DNA of 64,000 bases. Origin: Callorhinchus milii. Lineage: Eukaryota. The notes below the pieces were generated by a model that was given only the letters and a program-made list of their open reading frames with translations, was not told the origin of the DNA and did no database searches. The stretch's first letter is position 1. Each line of letters opens with the position of its first letter. Shown here piece after piece: positions 11,445 through 23,840 of this stretch. The stretch spans positions 13,578,001 to 13,642,000 of the forward strand of contig NW_024704756.1 in NCBI RefSeq assembly GCF_018977255.1, read 5' to 3'. The position numbers were made by a program, and so were the translations under genes.

Positions 11445-12872
11445 ATGTCTCCATCTGTGCAAGTCCACTGTGAGGTGTTAAATCTGATGAGTAAAACGTG
11501 ACCCTCAAAAAAGCAGCCAATTTTTGGACATCTATGAAAACTGGGATTAAAAGTAATAAAATCTTTGATTTAGAACAAGACATTTCACCCTTACAACTAA
11601 CAGCCTCCATTGTAGTCTTCATTTTGGGGCTGAAATGCTCTCAAATGCTTAAAGAAAGAGTTCATTAAAACTGGATTCAAAAATGGTAGCAGTTGTTCAT
11701 GGATCCAGTTGAATTCATCTGCATATATTCCTGAGTGCAGAAACCCTGCTCTAACCACTTACAACCCCTTTAGTTTGGAAAGATATCCTGTAATATCAGA
11801 TCTATTTCTGTTCACGGTGTTTGCTGCCAGTATTGCACATGGATACTGTGGCACCAGTTCAACTAGCAACTCATAAACACTTATATTTACATCGCAAGGC
11901 CAAAGGTTAGAGAACCTACTTAAAACTGACAAGGTGAAAGCAAATCACATTAATTATGAAAACAGGAAACCTGCCAATTAACTGAGAACCAGGAAGAAGA
12001 GCTATGTTGACTTTCAATCCATTAAAGGTTAGTAGCAAAAGATTTGGATCAAAGTTTAGATTTTTCAAATCTGTCTGGTGCCTTAGAATGGAAATTTTGT
12101 TCTCTGAGAGGATTGAGCTTTGACATCCTCAACCCAATTTCAACTGGGTTTGAGTCCACAGCCCAAAACAAGTTACAGTTTGAAATAATTGCGACTAAAT
12201 TAGAAGCCTTATTTAGAGATGCCACGCATACAGGTGTCCTGGTAAAATAAACTAAGTGCTTTATTTAAAATAAAATTCATTTCCTTCTACTTTCTCTCCC
12301 CTCTCCAAAAGATGCCGATTTGATAGGGTGTAATTCCATGAGTGTCATCTGCACTCCAGTACTATATTGTAATGAGCTTTTTATACAGTTATCTGTAATC
12401 CCATTTCCCTATTCTATCTTCATATCTCTTAATACAACAACTTTCACTTATATAACACCCTCCACACGGGGTAGTGCCTCAGAGCACTTAATAACTTTAT
12501 TTCCCAAATATCGATCCATCCTCCTTTTAAATACCTCATTTCGATTTGAGTTATGGTTTGTGGGGCAACACATTTAAGTTTCTCACAAATATTTGAGTTA
12601 AGAAATGTTTCCTGGTTTCACGTATAGCCAGGTTAGTTCCAATTTAAAGATTATTTCCACTTTAAATTGGAACTAAGCTGGTTCTAGATTTGGCTAACGG
12701 AAGAAAGAATGATTCCCTATCTACCTAGTTTTTTTAATTATATTCATTATTCCCTTATTATCTTAAGCACTTCAATCAGATCATTCCTTATCTCCTCAGC
12801 TTCAGGGAATCCAACTTAGTTCTACTCAGTCTTCATCAGTGTTAATTCTCTTCATACCAGGTGTTAACGTTA

Positions 12873-13657
12873 ATCAGCTCTGACTCAAAGGGTTGTGGGT
12901 TCAAGCTCCTTATTGGGACATTGAGCTGAAAGTTTGGCCCTCCACGCAGGGTAGCATCTTAGAGCGCTTAACAGTGGCGGAGCCTGACTCCGAGCCATGG
13001 GGGAAGTGGCCGTAATCACATTCGAAGAGGAATGTTTTCAGGCAGGAATTGAAAGAGGGGAGAGAGGGGGCAAGGCAGAGGGATTGAGGGAGAGTGTTCC
13101 AGAGTTTTGGGGCGTAGTGGCTGAAAGCACAACCTCCGATGGTGGAGCAGAGGGTGCAAGGGACGAGCTGGAGGACGGTGCCAGTCGACCGGGTGGTGGA
13201 TTGGGGAGTGAGGAGGTCGGAGAGTTCGGGAGGTGCCAGGGAGTGGATGGATTTGAACGAGTGTGAAGATCTTGAAGTCAATCTGTTCGGTAATGGGGAG
13301 CCAGTGGAGCCTGGGCCAGAACTGGTGAGATGTAGGTATGGAGTTTGGTCTGGGTCAGTGTGCAGGTGGCACTACATTGTCATGTACTGTCCTTTGAATG
13401 GGACATTAAACCAAGGTCATGATTCCCTGTTTGGGTGGATGTGAAAGATCCTGTGACGGAATTCGAAAAGAAAAAGAAATCTCTCCTGGTGTCCTGGCAA
13501 ACAATCCCCCGCAAAAAAAACAAATTAGCCAATCATTTCATGGCTGTTTGTGGGATATTGCTGTGTACAAATTGGCACCCACCTTCACCCACAAATATGT
13601 AGTAGCTTTGACAATTTTCAACATTATAAGGCCCTGTAAAAAAAGCAAAGAACATTA
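12873..13657 (+). mobile_element. Deu-domain SINE split by an L2 insertion
   Basis: Head GGTTGTGGGTTCAAG at about 12890; core and tail resume after 13348. Confidence 0.8.
12938..13341 (-). mobile_element. L2 LINE 3' fragment (ORF2 C-terminus)
   Basis: LHWLP..IDFKI and FKSIHSLAPP..GGCAFSHYAPKLWNTLP..LKTFLF are classic L2 ORF2 terminal motifs; AGTTTGG on both flanks. Confidence 0.92.
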
Positions 13658-15516
13658 CATCATTCTGGTGAATTGTCACTGGACGCTTCTAAGGCGAGTA
13701 TATCTTTCCCAAGATGAGATGCCCCAAAACTGAATGCAATATTCCACACAAGGTCTGAGCAGCACTCTGTACAACTGCAGAAGTGCTTCTCAGCTTTTAT
13801 ATTCTTGTGATAAGGTCCAAGATTGCACAAGCTGTTTTGATTACTTTATGAACTTGCAAACCGAACACCAGAATATTTTCTGTTCATGTACACTCGGTCT
13901 AGTGATTCCCTATCTAGATGGGAGACTCGGATTCCTCTCATTGACGACCCTGGTAGAAGGCTGCCTGACAGGAAATGCATGTAAGTACAGTGAGAGGGGA
14001 GGGATAGGTCACTAACTCACCAAGAAACCAAAATGTCAAGTGTGGGGATTATTTTGCTAATACGGTCTGACATTACACACAGAGATAGCCTGCAGTTGCC
14101 TTAAGATGTGGGAGTGCAAGATCTCGACATGCCTAAAAGTTGTGTATTTGACCATTTGTCAGCATTTTACAAGGGGAAAAGTTTCATGACTTCCAGTGCC
14201 CGGTTTCATTTCAAAATGCATCTGGAGTTCTTAAAACACATGGAAGGGTGATTTGCAGAGCCACAGGTCTTAATTAGGTTACAGACTCATTTTAATATGA
14301 AGATGGATTGATGGCAATCAAAGTGGTAAGATCTACCAGAGAAACATTTTGTCTGTTAAACAGTCATTCTTTGCAGCCCAGGGTTTCCCTTTAAGAAGAA
14401 CTGACATTAATAAAATACCAAGAATACTGCGACAAATATGGCATTATGCATGTATTCTTGCTGAGGATAATTTAGACAAGGGAATTTTGCTTTTAAATAT
14501 GATGAGATTATAGGAACTGTGATAAAATAATAGTCCAAAATATGTGACACCTTACACAGTTCATTAGCTTGTCTGCACTGTTAGCTACACCGTGTAATTT
14601 GTTACTTAAATCCATTTATTCAAGCCAGTATGTTTGTAGGAACCTGTAAAACCTATGTACCACAAGGGATTATGTGCATATATTTAAATGACATTCAGCC
14701 TTGAACTGCTTTGTCCCATTACCCACCCCCCCCTCCCCCCCCATTTAATTGTCTGTTCTGTTTAAACATCCTTATAATGCCAGTGGTTTCTGCTATGGTG
14801 AAGTTAGGTTTCAAGCTGATTCCTGTTTATTATTTCAAGAGACATGCCATCCTGCTGGTAGGTTGGAGAGGTGAGCAATTATTTTAACAGGCCTAAGTGA
14901 TTACTAAACCATTATGTACAACATTTTGACAGGCAGCACGTCTACACCATCTTCACTGTTTGAGTTTCGTTCAACAGCCGGGAGCAGCTTATGGGGTCTA
15001 AAACTTAATATTCATAACAAGAAGTCCCAAATAGAAACACCAGCCAGCATCCGGACACGTGTTAATGCCAACTTGCAGGAACAGTTTCCCAAATCATAAG
15101 TAGATTACATTCTGCCTCTGCGCTTGAAACTCCATCCCAGAGTCCCTCCGACTCGCTCCCTGTCTACTTCCCCTTGTTTGAAGTCTGTCTCAAAACGTAG
15201 CCTCTTTGATTGTTATTTTGCTCAGCTTTCCCTTCCCCACTCCTTTCAACTCCCACAACCTTCTTGGGTGCCCAGCCAGTGGTGAGATGTCCTCCTGGTG
15301 TGAATGGCGCTGTTGTATTTTATCCTCTCTGTCTCCACAAGAGGGTCGCAATTTCAAATTCCAGACTCAAATGAAGATCAACTCACCAAACTTCACTGCA
15401 TGAGAGAGAGGAAGAGAAGAGTAACAAGACCTGCCCACAACAAATACATGATAGACTTCAATGTGACCAACCACAAAGTAACATCGAAAGTGGCAATTTA
15501 GCAACCTGTGTGACAT

Positions 15517-15740
15517 AACAACAACAATCTTGCATTTACACACTGCCCCTCACGCAGGCTAGTGTCCCAGAGTGCCTGACCACGGTGGAGCCCGATGCCA
15601 AGCCAGTGCGGAGGTGACCATAGGTTGAAGAAGAAGGTCTTCAGGCGTGCACTGAAGAAAGTGAAGGAAGGGGCAAGGTAGAAGGTTAGAGTAAGAGTGT
15701 TCCAGAATTTCAGGTACACTCTCTCTCTGAAAGCGCGGCA
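15517..15740 (-). mobile_element. L2 LINE 3' end with (TTG)n tail
   Basis: KFWNTL..LAPS..RLKTFFF peptide; AAATGCAAGATTGTTGTTG tail. Confidence 0.85.
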
Positions 15741-17996
15741 AGTGTTGCAATAGGAGGAAAAGAAATGGAAAACCTCAACTCCGTCTCTGACCTGGATATA
15801 AGGATTCACTTTGGATATAACTTTTCAGCAAAGGAACTTTTCTTAAGTTCCTATGTGATGACCTATATTACAACAACGCCTCACTGAGCATGAACAATTG
15901 ATCTTTTTTAAAAAAAACTCTTCAACAAAATGATTTTTACACCAATTTTTTTTTGCAGGGTCTGAACACAAATTGAACACAATTCGAACCCAGTTTACAC
16001 ACTTCTGCAATTTTGTGAATTATTAGCAAACGGAAGAATTTCAGCCCATATGTTTTGTTTTAACGACTGTATTATTCATAGATCGGTAATCAAAACTAGC
16101 AAATGTAGTGCCCCTTGTCTTGTAGCAATGTTAATTGTCTTGATCTCGCATGCAGTGCCGTATTTAAATTGCTTCACTTAAGACAGCACACTCGCCAAGC
16201 CAGACTAAAGCAGATTATTCTGTCTGGCATTGCTGTGTGCAGCATCTGTGTTAACAGAATTTATTTCTGCAGTGATTTTCAACTCCCTGTTGTGTATTCA
16301 GGCAATGTGTAGGCTTCCTCTGGCTAGTCAGCTAGCAGCAGAACATGATCAAGTATATTTTTATATTAAAAAAAGGACACTCCTCTGTCTATCTAGCAAC
16401 ACATCTTGCAATGAGACAAAATGCTTTTATTCCCCCTCAGTAACTGAAGCTTCATAATTATTGATGAACGTGATCCGATAAACTGGGAAAAGATTCAAAA
16501 CGGGGACCTGTAAAAAATAACTTTGATCCGATCTAAATGATCAGTGAAAAAAAATGTTTTACATCTATTCATGCAGACTGTTAATATAGTGTTACATTCA
16601 AGATTATACATGGCTATGCTAGCCCTTTCAAAAGCTGTGCTTATTGTAGTGTACGCATGTAGGCACAGACATTCACTAATGTTGTGTAAATCATTAATAT
16701 CAAGTCACTGGAATTCCACAGTTGCTGCAACCCTGGTGCCCAAGAATGAACAACTTTGCTAAATCAGCACAGACAGTTGTCAAGGTTACCTATATGTAAT
16801 CTATTTAACTGGTTCCCAAAACACCAATCAAGGTCAGATAACTCAGAGCAAGAGTACCATAGGAGTGGATTCATACAGTCCACAGCTTTGTATCAAGACA
16901 GCAGGGAAGAAATACTCATTAGGAAATCAAAAGCTAATGTAAAATGAGTGAAGTGTTAATTGTCAGCCTCATGCCTTTACACGGTCCAAGAATACATCTA
17001 CATTAAGCAAATACGTGTTTGCAAAGGAAAAAAAATGACAAGTCAGGTGAAAATTGGTGTGTTCCAACATTACCTGACGTTGAACAGAAAGAAACGAGTG
17101 TTCTGTGTATTTGAATATGAAAAAATGAGCGTAATTGTATCTATGGGGAAGTGGTGTGAAACAATCAATTGTGCTGGCATCAGCAGAATACAGCTTGTTA
17201 AAGTCTGCTCTGTATAATCAATCTGGATTGCAATATGCAGATGTCGTACCAATGACAGAGCAGCCCACTGGCTGACTGCAAATTAAATTCTGAAAATCGG
17301 GCACATCTGATCTGATGCGCTTGAGGTTCTAGACTCCCAGGCCTTACCGTCGCTTTAACTGTAAATTGTTGCATATTTTTCACAGTACCATCTTGGAGAG
17401 ACCTGCTGAACAAATGCTCGCTCCAAGCGACTACTCTATTGTTGTCTGAGGATTTTTTTGCAAGCCGTGGAATTAAAAATGTAAGGCTAGAGAAAACAAA
17501 TCCTCAGCCCCTTGACTGGGAAACGCAAAAATAAAAAAACGAAAAGCAAATAAAGAACCCTCAAGCTCTGGGTCTTGAGTTGATCAGGGTAGGTACTCGA
17601 TTCTCCTGGGTAAGGTGAAATCTCCAATTGTCTTAAGATAACCTCTTGTATTGAGCCGGACTGAGTGAGTGCTGCAGAGAACACAGTCCATTTCATGATA
17701 CCAAAAGTAGGCTGGCCTGACAATCCAAAGGGGCCTGATGGAAGAATATGTCAAACACTTTTGAAAGGAATCATGTGAAAGAACTGTGACAGAGATAAAT
17801 GAGAAGATCCAGGCAGAGGTTTGTGTGATTGCCGTGTGGCTGTAAGGGTTATTACCATAATCATTTTGAGAATATTACAATTATTGATATACTGTAACAC
17901 GATGGTGATATTTTGAAGATGATATACTAGAATAGAACAGCTGGGTGAGCCCTTTAGTATTTCACTGTGTTGCAGCTTTCACTGCAGTGAAGTACT

Positions 17997-18107
17997 ATAA
18001 TAATCCTTGCATTTGATATAGCGCCTAATCACGTCTTCGAGACGTCTCAAAGTACTTCGCACAATACACTATAAAGTGAATTGATTGTATATTTTGTGGG
18101 TGAAACC
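17997..18107 (-). mobile_element. SINE 3' tail, truncated at the GGTTTCACCC motif
   Basis: Matches the last ~110 nt of the 26780 element. Confidence 0.85.
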
Positions 18108-20378
18108 ACAAAATATTTAAAGTATTTAAAGTATCAGTGACTTATACAAAGGGAGATTCTTGGCAGCTCTTCCAGAGGCTGTGGCAAAATGGCTCCTTTG
18201 GTGAGTTTTGGGCAACCTTCAAAATAAAATTGCACCATTACAAAGCTTGATAAGTGATATCGTGAATCATTGTAGTTCAAGGTTTATATGAGCATTATAA
18301 TCCTTTCATAGCACAATGTATTCGCTGTATTAAAACTGGGGCTTTGTTCATCGGCACTTGATATTCAAAATCCAGTTTAATTCAACAGATCTCTGTTTGT
18401 TAACATTAAAATATGTGCTGTTTTGCATCAATGCATTAATGGTAAATCAAAAGAAGCTCATTCCTGTAAAACTGGCACTGCACTATTTTCAACTGTCCCA
18501 CATTCTTTGTTTTTTTTTGGGGGGTGAAGTAAGTAAATTGTACACTTGCCTTTACAGCTGGCAGATGGGGTTGAGGAAGCAAGAAAGAGAACTGTAGAAA
18601 TATATTTTATTAAAAAAAAACTCACAATTGCACCCTTATGCCTCAGTGGGATTCTGAAGCACAGAGATCAAGAAGGTCCCACGTTCAAGCAATGCTCGTC
18701 TTTGCTTATGATCAAATAGGTTGTCGACAGCCACGGATTAGGGTCAGAGTCTTGGGCGCAGACATGATATTGAAGTTCATGGAACCACTGGCCAGTATAA
18801 ATCACCAGCTTTAGGAGAGGAGACAACTGGAAAAAAGTCCATATACAATACTTTGACAATCATGTTGTCCTAAATGTTCTGAGGACAGGAGTCTGGAATA
18901 GTTACAGTGACTCCTGGAGCATCAGTTCAGTTAATTGGGTTTCGGACTGCTTCGTGCTGACACTAGTGACATGAGCTGGGTACAATCCTGTGTCACTTGG
19001 GCCTGATGTTAAGAGAGTGAGATGGGAAGCAGCGATGAAACAAAAAGTGCAAGAACAGCCTTGTGACACTGTCAAACTGCACTCAGCTTTCAGGGCAGTT
19101 TTCTGCGCTTTCAATCCCGGTTACTGATGTCACCCAATGGTGTTCTGGCAGCACATTGATCACCGGGATGTATTGACAATCTCAGTATTGCAGAATACCA
19201 TCCATGCTTTCATTTAGCCTGGAAATGAAAGGCTTTCTAATAGCCTTCATAACCAATGTGGTATTGATTTAGAACGATTATTATGTTTAGGTATTATCAA
19301 AGGAAAATGCCATGATTATTTTGAGTTTTATGTGCAGGAGACAAATTAGGATATAAAAGCAGATCTACTGACCAACCTGCAGTTAGTTTGACAGCATTTA
19401 TTAACTGTCGCTGAGGGCAGTGACTGGGATCAGGAGCGGGGGGAGGGGAGGAGAGAAATGAGTCTGTTTACAGTCTTAGATGCACAGTCAACAACAACAA
19501 CTTGAATTTATTTAGGGCCGTTCACGCAGGGCAGCATCCCAGAGAGCAGTCTGCTGCTTCCTATGACACATTTCTTTCTGGTGAATTAGCGCAGGGTTTA
19601 TTTTGAACGGGGGGGTGGGGTGGGGAGAGCGTGTGTGTTGTTATATGGGGAAAATAAATATTTCACTCGCTAACTGAACAGAAAACAGGTACTTCCCGTA
19701 GGGAAGATGAGTTAACAGTCAGGCCAGTCATATACCCACTAGCAGCTGTTTTGAAGTGGCATTGTCAAAGGCCAAGCAAACGGTCACTCACTTGCCATTT
19801 TGCCTCAGCCAAACATGGAGGGCTGGAGGAGGGAGGGAATACAATAAATAAAACAATAATAGGAAAGAGTGACAGCTCCTCCCAAAACAATATCATTTTT
19901 AAATGGCGATCTGCCACTTGAGGGGATTAGTTGGAGCTGTATCATTACACAAAGAGTTATTTACACCAAGGCTCTGAAACATGCTGACTGTAACAGTCAG
20001 GTCAGGAAGCAGATTGCACTGGAAATGCCCAGACATGGTAATGTTGGGCTGAAAGTAATTCAGTGCAGAGCAACTGGATATTGTATATGCATCAGCAGAA
20101 AGGCTTTGCAGCAGCAATTCACTTTTTTCAATAATTCAGCTGGAGTGTCTGATATTATAAATCTGCTGTGTTGCTGGCATGTCATCTGCAGCAGCAGGAA
20201 GCAAACAGGTTAATGGTTCAAAAATATTTCATGGTGTTTTAAACAATTGTATTTAATAATATCAAGGAGTGGAATGAGCCAGTGGGTAACAGTCCTACTG
20301 AAAGCACTGCCTGTTGCGTCATCAGTTGTAGTAGCAAATATAAAGGCAAAATTTGTGGCACTTCATAAAATATTCCTG

Positions 20379-20487
20379 AATAATAATCCTTGGATTTGAT
20401 ATAGCGCCTTATCACTTCTTCGAGGTGGGTCAAAGTGCTTCACAGAAAATACTATAAAGTGAATGGACTGTATGTTTTGTGGGCGAA
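20379..20487 (-). mobile_element. SINE 3' tail, truncated at TTCGCCC
   Basis: Same ~110 nt tail. Confidence 0.85.
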
Positions 20488-21825
20488 TAATAATAATCCG
20501 TGTGGTGATTATTGAAAGGAGTCACCCCATTGTGATCCAATTTCCGTTATTTCCTAACAAGATTCCTTCATAAGGAATCTACATTCTGCAAAAGGGGGGT
20601 GTGGGGAGAATTAAAAAGGGGAGGAAGGAGGGAAATCAAGAAAATAATTCAGATGTCCAAAACAGATTAAATGAGATTTTCAAAGCAGACACAGAATAAT
20701 CAGTAAACAAACAACCTGTACAATGTTTACTGGTATAACAGTATAAGCAAATCCCAACAAAGACAAGATATGAAATGCCACCAAACCTTTGCTGTCAAAT
20801 ATACTATATTGCCCTAAATGTTAAGATGGTGCTGATTATCGTGGAAAATGATTTCAATTCAGGAGGATGAAGGTGACATTTCCAGTCTCGGGCGACTCGG
20901 AGCATTAGTGCAGGTGCCTAGCCGTTTGCTGACAAAGGAAATGTTATACAAAAATGCTGAATGTTTTTTTTATCATCTTCTGGCAGGAGTATCAGCAGAC
21001 TGACTGATGCAAGGAGCCCTAAACACAATGTCGATTGGTTTAGCTTCCCCTGAAAGAAGTGAGGCAAGTCACCATCGTCACTGAGACAGTACCAATCCTC
21101 GCTCTGCTGTCATCCAGGTATTGAGTTCCACAAGCATCAAATCCGTTGTTGTATTTCCACATGTGCTGGGTTTGTACCAAGTGCCAAATAATCCGGAAAT
21201 GTATTCATCTGTGTACCTACCCACAATAGTTTTCAATTTCAATTCAAAGCAGCACTTTGCAGACCCAACTATTAGGTCTTCAAGCATCTCTCTCGATGGA
21301 TAAGTGCACACAGTCAGGCTAGTAAATAGCATGCTGCTAAGCGGTTAGATGGTGACCGTTTTCCTGGAAATCCCTTAATCCCTCAGACAAACATCAGTGG
21401 TTGGTGATTCCATCCTCATTAAATTACCTACCTGGCCTCACAGCATTTCCCCGCTTTCATGCAGTGTAAATGGCCAGTCCAGTTTCGACACTCACAAGCT
21501 CGAAAATTACCTGTCAGCTCAGCTCGTTATGGGGAGTGCATCATACACAAGTTCATGTAATGTAGCTGTTATGAGTGCTGAATCGTGAAGGTGAAAAACG
21601 TTTGTATTGGTAACATTTGGGGCTTCATGAGCCTGCAGCTGCAGATAGAATAGTAGGGTTGGATCTGGACTCTTGTTTTGAACCAGTTGGGGTTTAAAGT
21701 TCCCTTTAAACTTTAAACTTTAAAGTTTAAAGTTGCATTGTTATGCCTCTTTCACATTGCATTGCACTGTAACTGGTTTAATCTGATGACATTACATCTG
21801 ACTGGGTTCCAAACATTGTTTACCA

Positions 21826-22012
21826 CAACAACAGCAAATTGCATTTACATAGAACCTTTCAGGTCTGGAGGATGTCCCAGTGGCGCTGACTGTCAAGGTT
21901 TTGCACTTTAGCTGGGAATTGGAATCAAGAAGCGTGGAAGGCAAGAGGGGTGGGGCCTTGAAGAAGGCAAAGGACGGGGCGAGGTGGAGGGATTCCGGGA
22001 TGGAGTTCCAGC
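21826..22012 (-). mobile_element. degenerate L2 3' end
   Basis: CAACAAC..TTGCATTTACATAG tail; minus strand contains CTGGAACTCCATCCC (WNSIP-like). Confidence 0.65.
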
Positions 22013-23717
22013 TTAGTTATGAGTCTAAACATGGCAATCGGCATGATTGTGTAGGACAAACTCTTCATCCTCTGCATAACTGCTTGATGTATTTGAGAAG
22101 ATCTGGTGGGTTTCATGGGGTAATTCACGTCTTCCTTGAATTACTTGACTTCTGCATTGGTTTATTTCTATCTCAGTCACCTCTTGCTCTACCTCTTTTC
22201 CTAGGTATCAGAGAGGTCTTGTTCTCATTGATTATACACTCAAACATAAGATACGGCTGGAACTTGGTGTCTGATTCATTGGCGCTACAGGGCTGCGCTT
22301 TCTCCAGCTGGCTCCGATGATTTAATTTGTTTAAACCTAGACAAGCAAGATGTAAAAAACAAATCCACTGTATTTCAATTGGATTATAAAGTTGCACAGT
22401 GTTTCTCTATATTGATCTTGTCTGTTATTTAATTGACGTACCCCCAAAATATATAGGAGCCTTTTCATATTATAAATAGGAAAAAACTCCCAACAACCAA
22501 TAAATAGTCACAAATTACAAACGTTACAAGTTACAAGTTAGCTTCTTTTTCAAAATATTGCTTTGCATTTAATCACTGATCCATCCGGCATTTTACCACA
22601 GATCCATAGTTGCCCTTATTAGCACAAAGTGATATCCAATGGATGCCACTGTTATAGAAATAAACCACACAACCAAAAAAATGCACTTTCTGCGGTGGGA
22701 GGCAGCATCCATTCATTTCAGTTAGAGCCAAATTGATCAGAGGCAAAATATTTAAAAGTGAGTGACTACCTGATGGAATCATACCTTTTATCCTGTTAAG
22801 ACTCATACCAAAAACCTGTACCAGCCGGGATTAATTCATGTTTTAACAAGTCTTTGTTATATCAATATACCTTCTGTGGTCTAGCAGAATGTTCTTCCAC
22901 GTGATGTGTCAGAACACACTAAATAGTTGCTTAAAACCATATGTGTGGAACAGATCTGGCTATCACATTGCTTCCGTTAAACAATCTGCCATGATTTAAT
23001 AAACTGGCCTAGCAGACTCGACAGGCTGGATGGCCTCCTCCTGTTTCTAGCAGTACACGTTGCCTTGGTAAAAATGTCCTGACTATCAGGTGCAAACACA
23101 TTATATGTGCAATTTGATGGGAACTTCACCATTACTTAACTTTACATTGTGATTCTATTTACCAACCTTTCCTCTCTCTCTCGCGCGGTTTTGTTTCCCT
23201 CATTCCCGGGATTTTCCTCTCTGGTTAAGAATGTCGCCAAAAGCTGCTCCCAGACCCCAATTGAACATGAACCCACAACCTTCTGACCCAGAAGCAAGAG
23301 TGTTACCATCTGAGTCAAGCTGACACAAGATGATACAAGACCTTTAAAAAATGGATCAAATATGCAGACTGTTAGTGAAAGCTGCGTGGACATTTCTAAA
23401 AGACAATATCATTTTGAATTTAAAGAATACTATTTGGGGTTCACGGTTATCATTGAAATATATTTCCTTTTGTCGTTTCTCCTTACATGAGGAATTTGGT
23501 CTCGAGGAAATACTTTTAAGTTTCCTCTCAGCTCGTTAACTCTGTATTCTTTTTAAAAAAGAGATTCTTCCCTCCTTGCTGCTGCCCACAGAGTGAGCTG
23601 GAGCTGACATCACTTGAGCTGTAATGCAGTCACTCAAGGTCTCTGATGCAGATAATGTGGCCTTTATTGATGGAGATATGAGGTGCTCTGAGGAGCTCTT
23701 CAATGTGAGGGTCTAGA

Positions 23718-23840
23718 AGAACATAAGAATGTACTAGGCGAAAGAAGACCAAGGTCCCACTAGTTCGCCTTCCACCATCCTGGCAGTCGCTTGACATGTC
23801 GTGTCCCAAACTATACACTGTATCCCGAGATATTATTTTC
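23718..23840 (-). mobile_element. CR1 LINE 3' tail
   Basis: Near-identical to 3405-3530. Confidence 0.85.

Larger units (their letters stand above)
12390..13900 (-). mobile_element. CR1 LINE ORF2 C-terminus and 3' UTR, split by later insertions
   Basis: Minus-strand reading across frameshifts gives LYRVLLRPCVEYCIQFW..KDILALE..FTRM (13658-13780), continuing PGMK..RNDLIEVLKIIR (12750-12862); these are typical CR1 ORF2 motifs. Confidence 0.8.

Noticed and set aside
21880-22320. Longest ORF (146 aa)
   Set aside because: Its first third is antisense L2 sequence and the rest has no recognisable domain.
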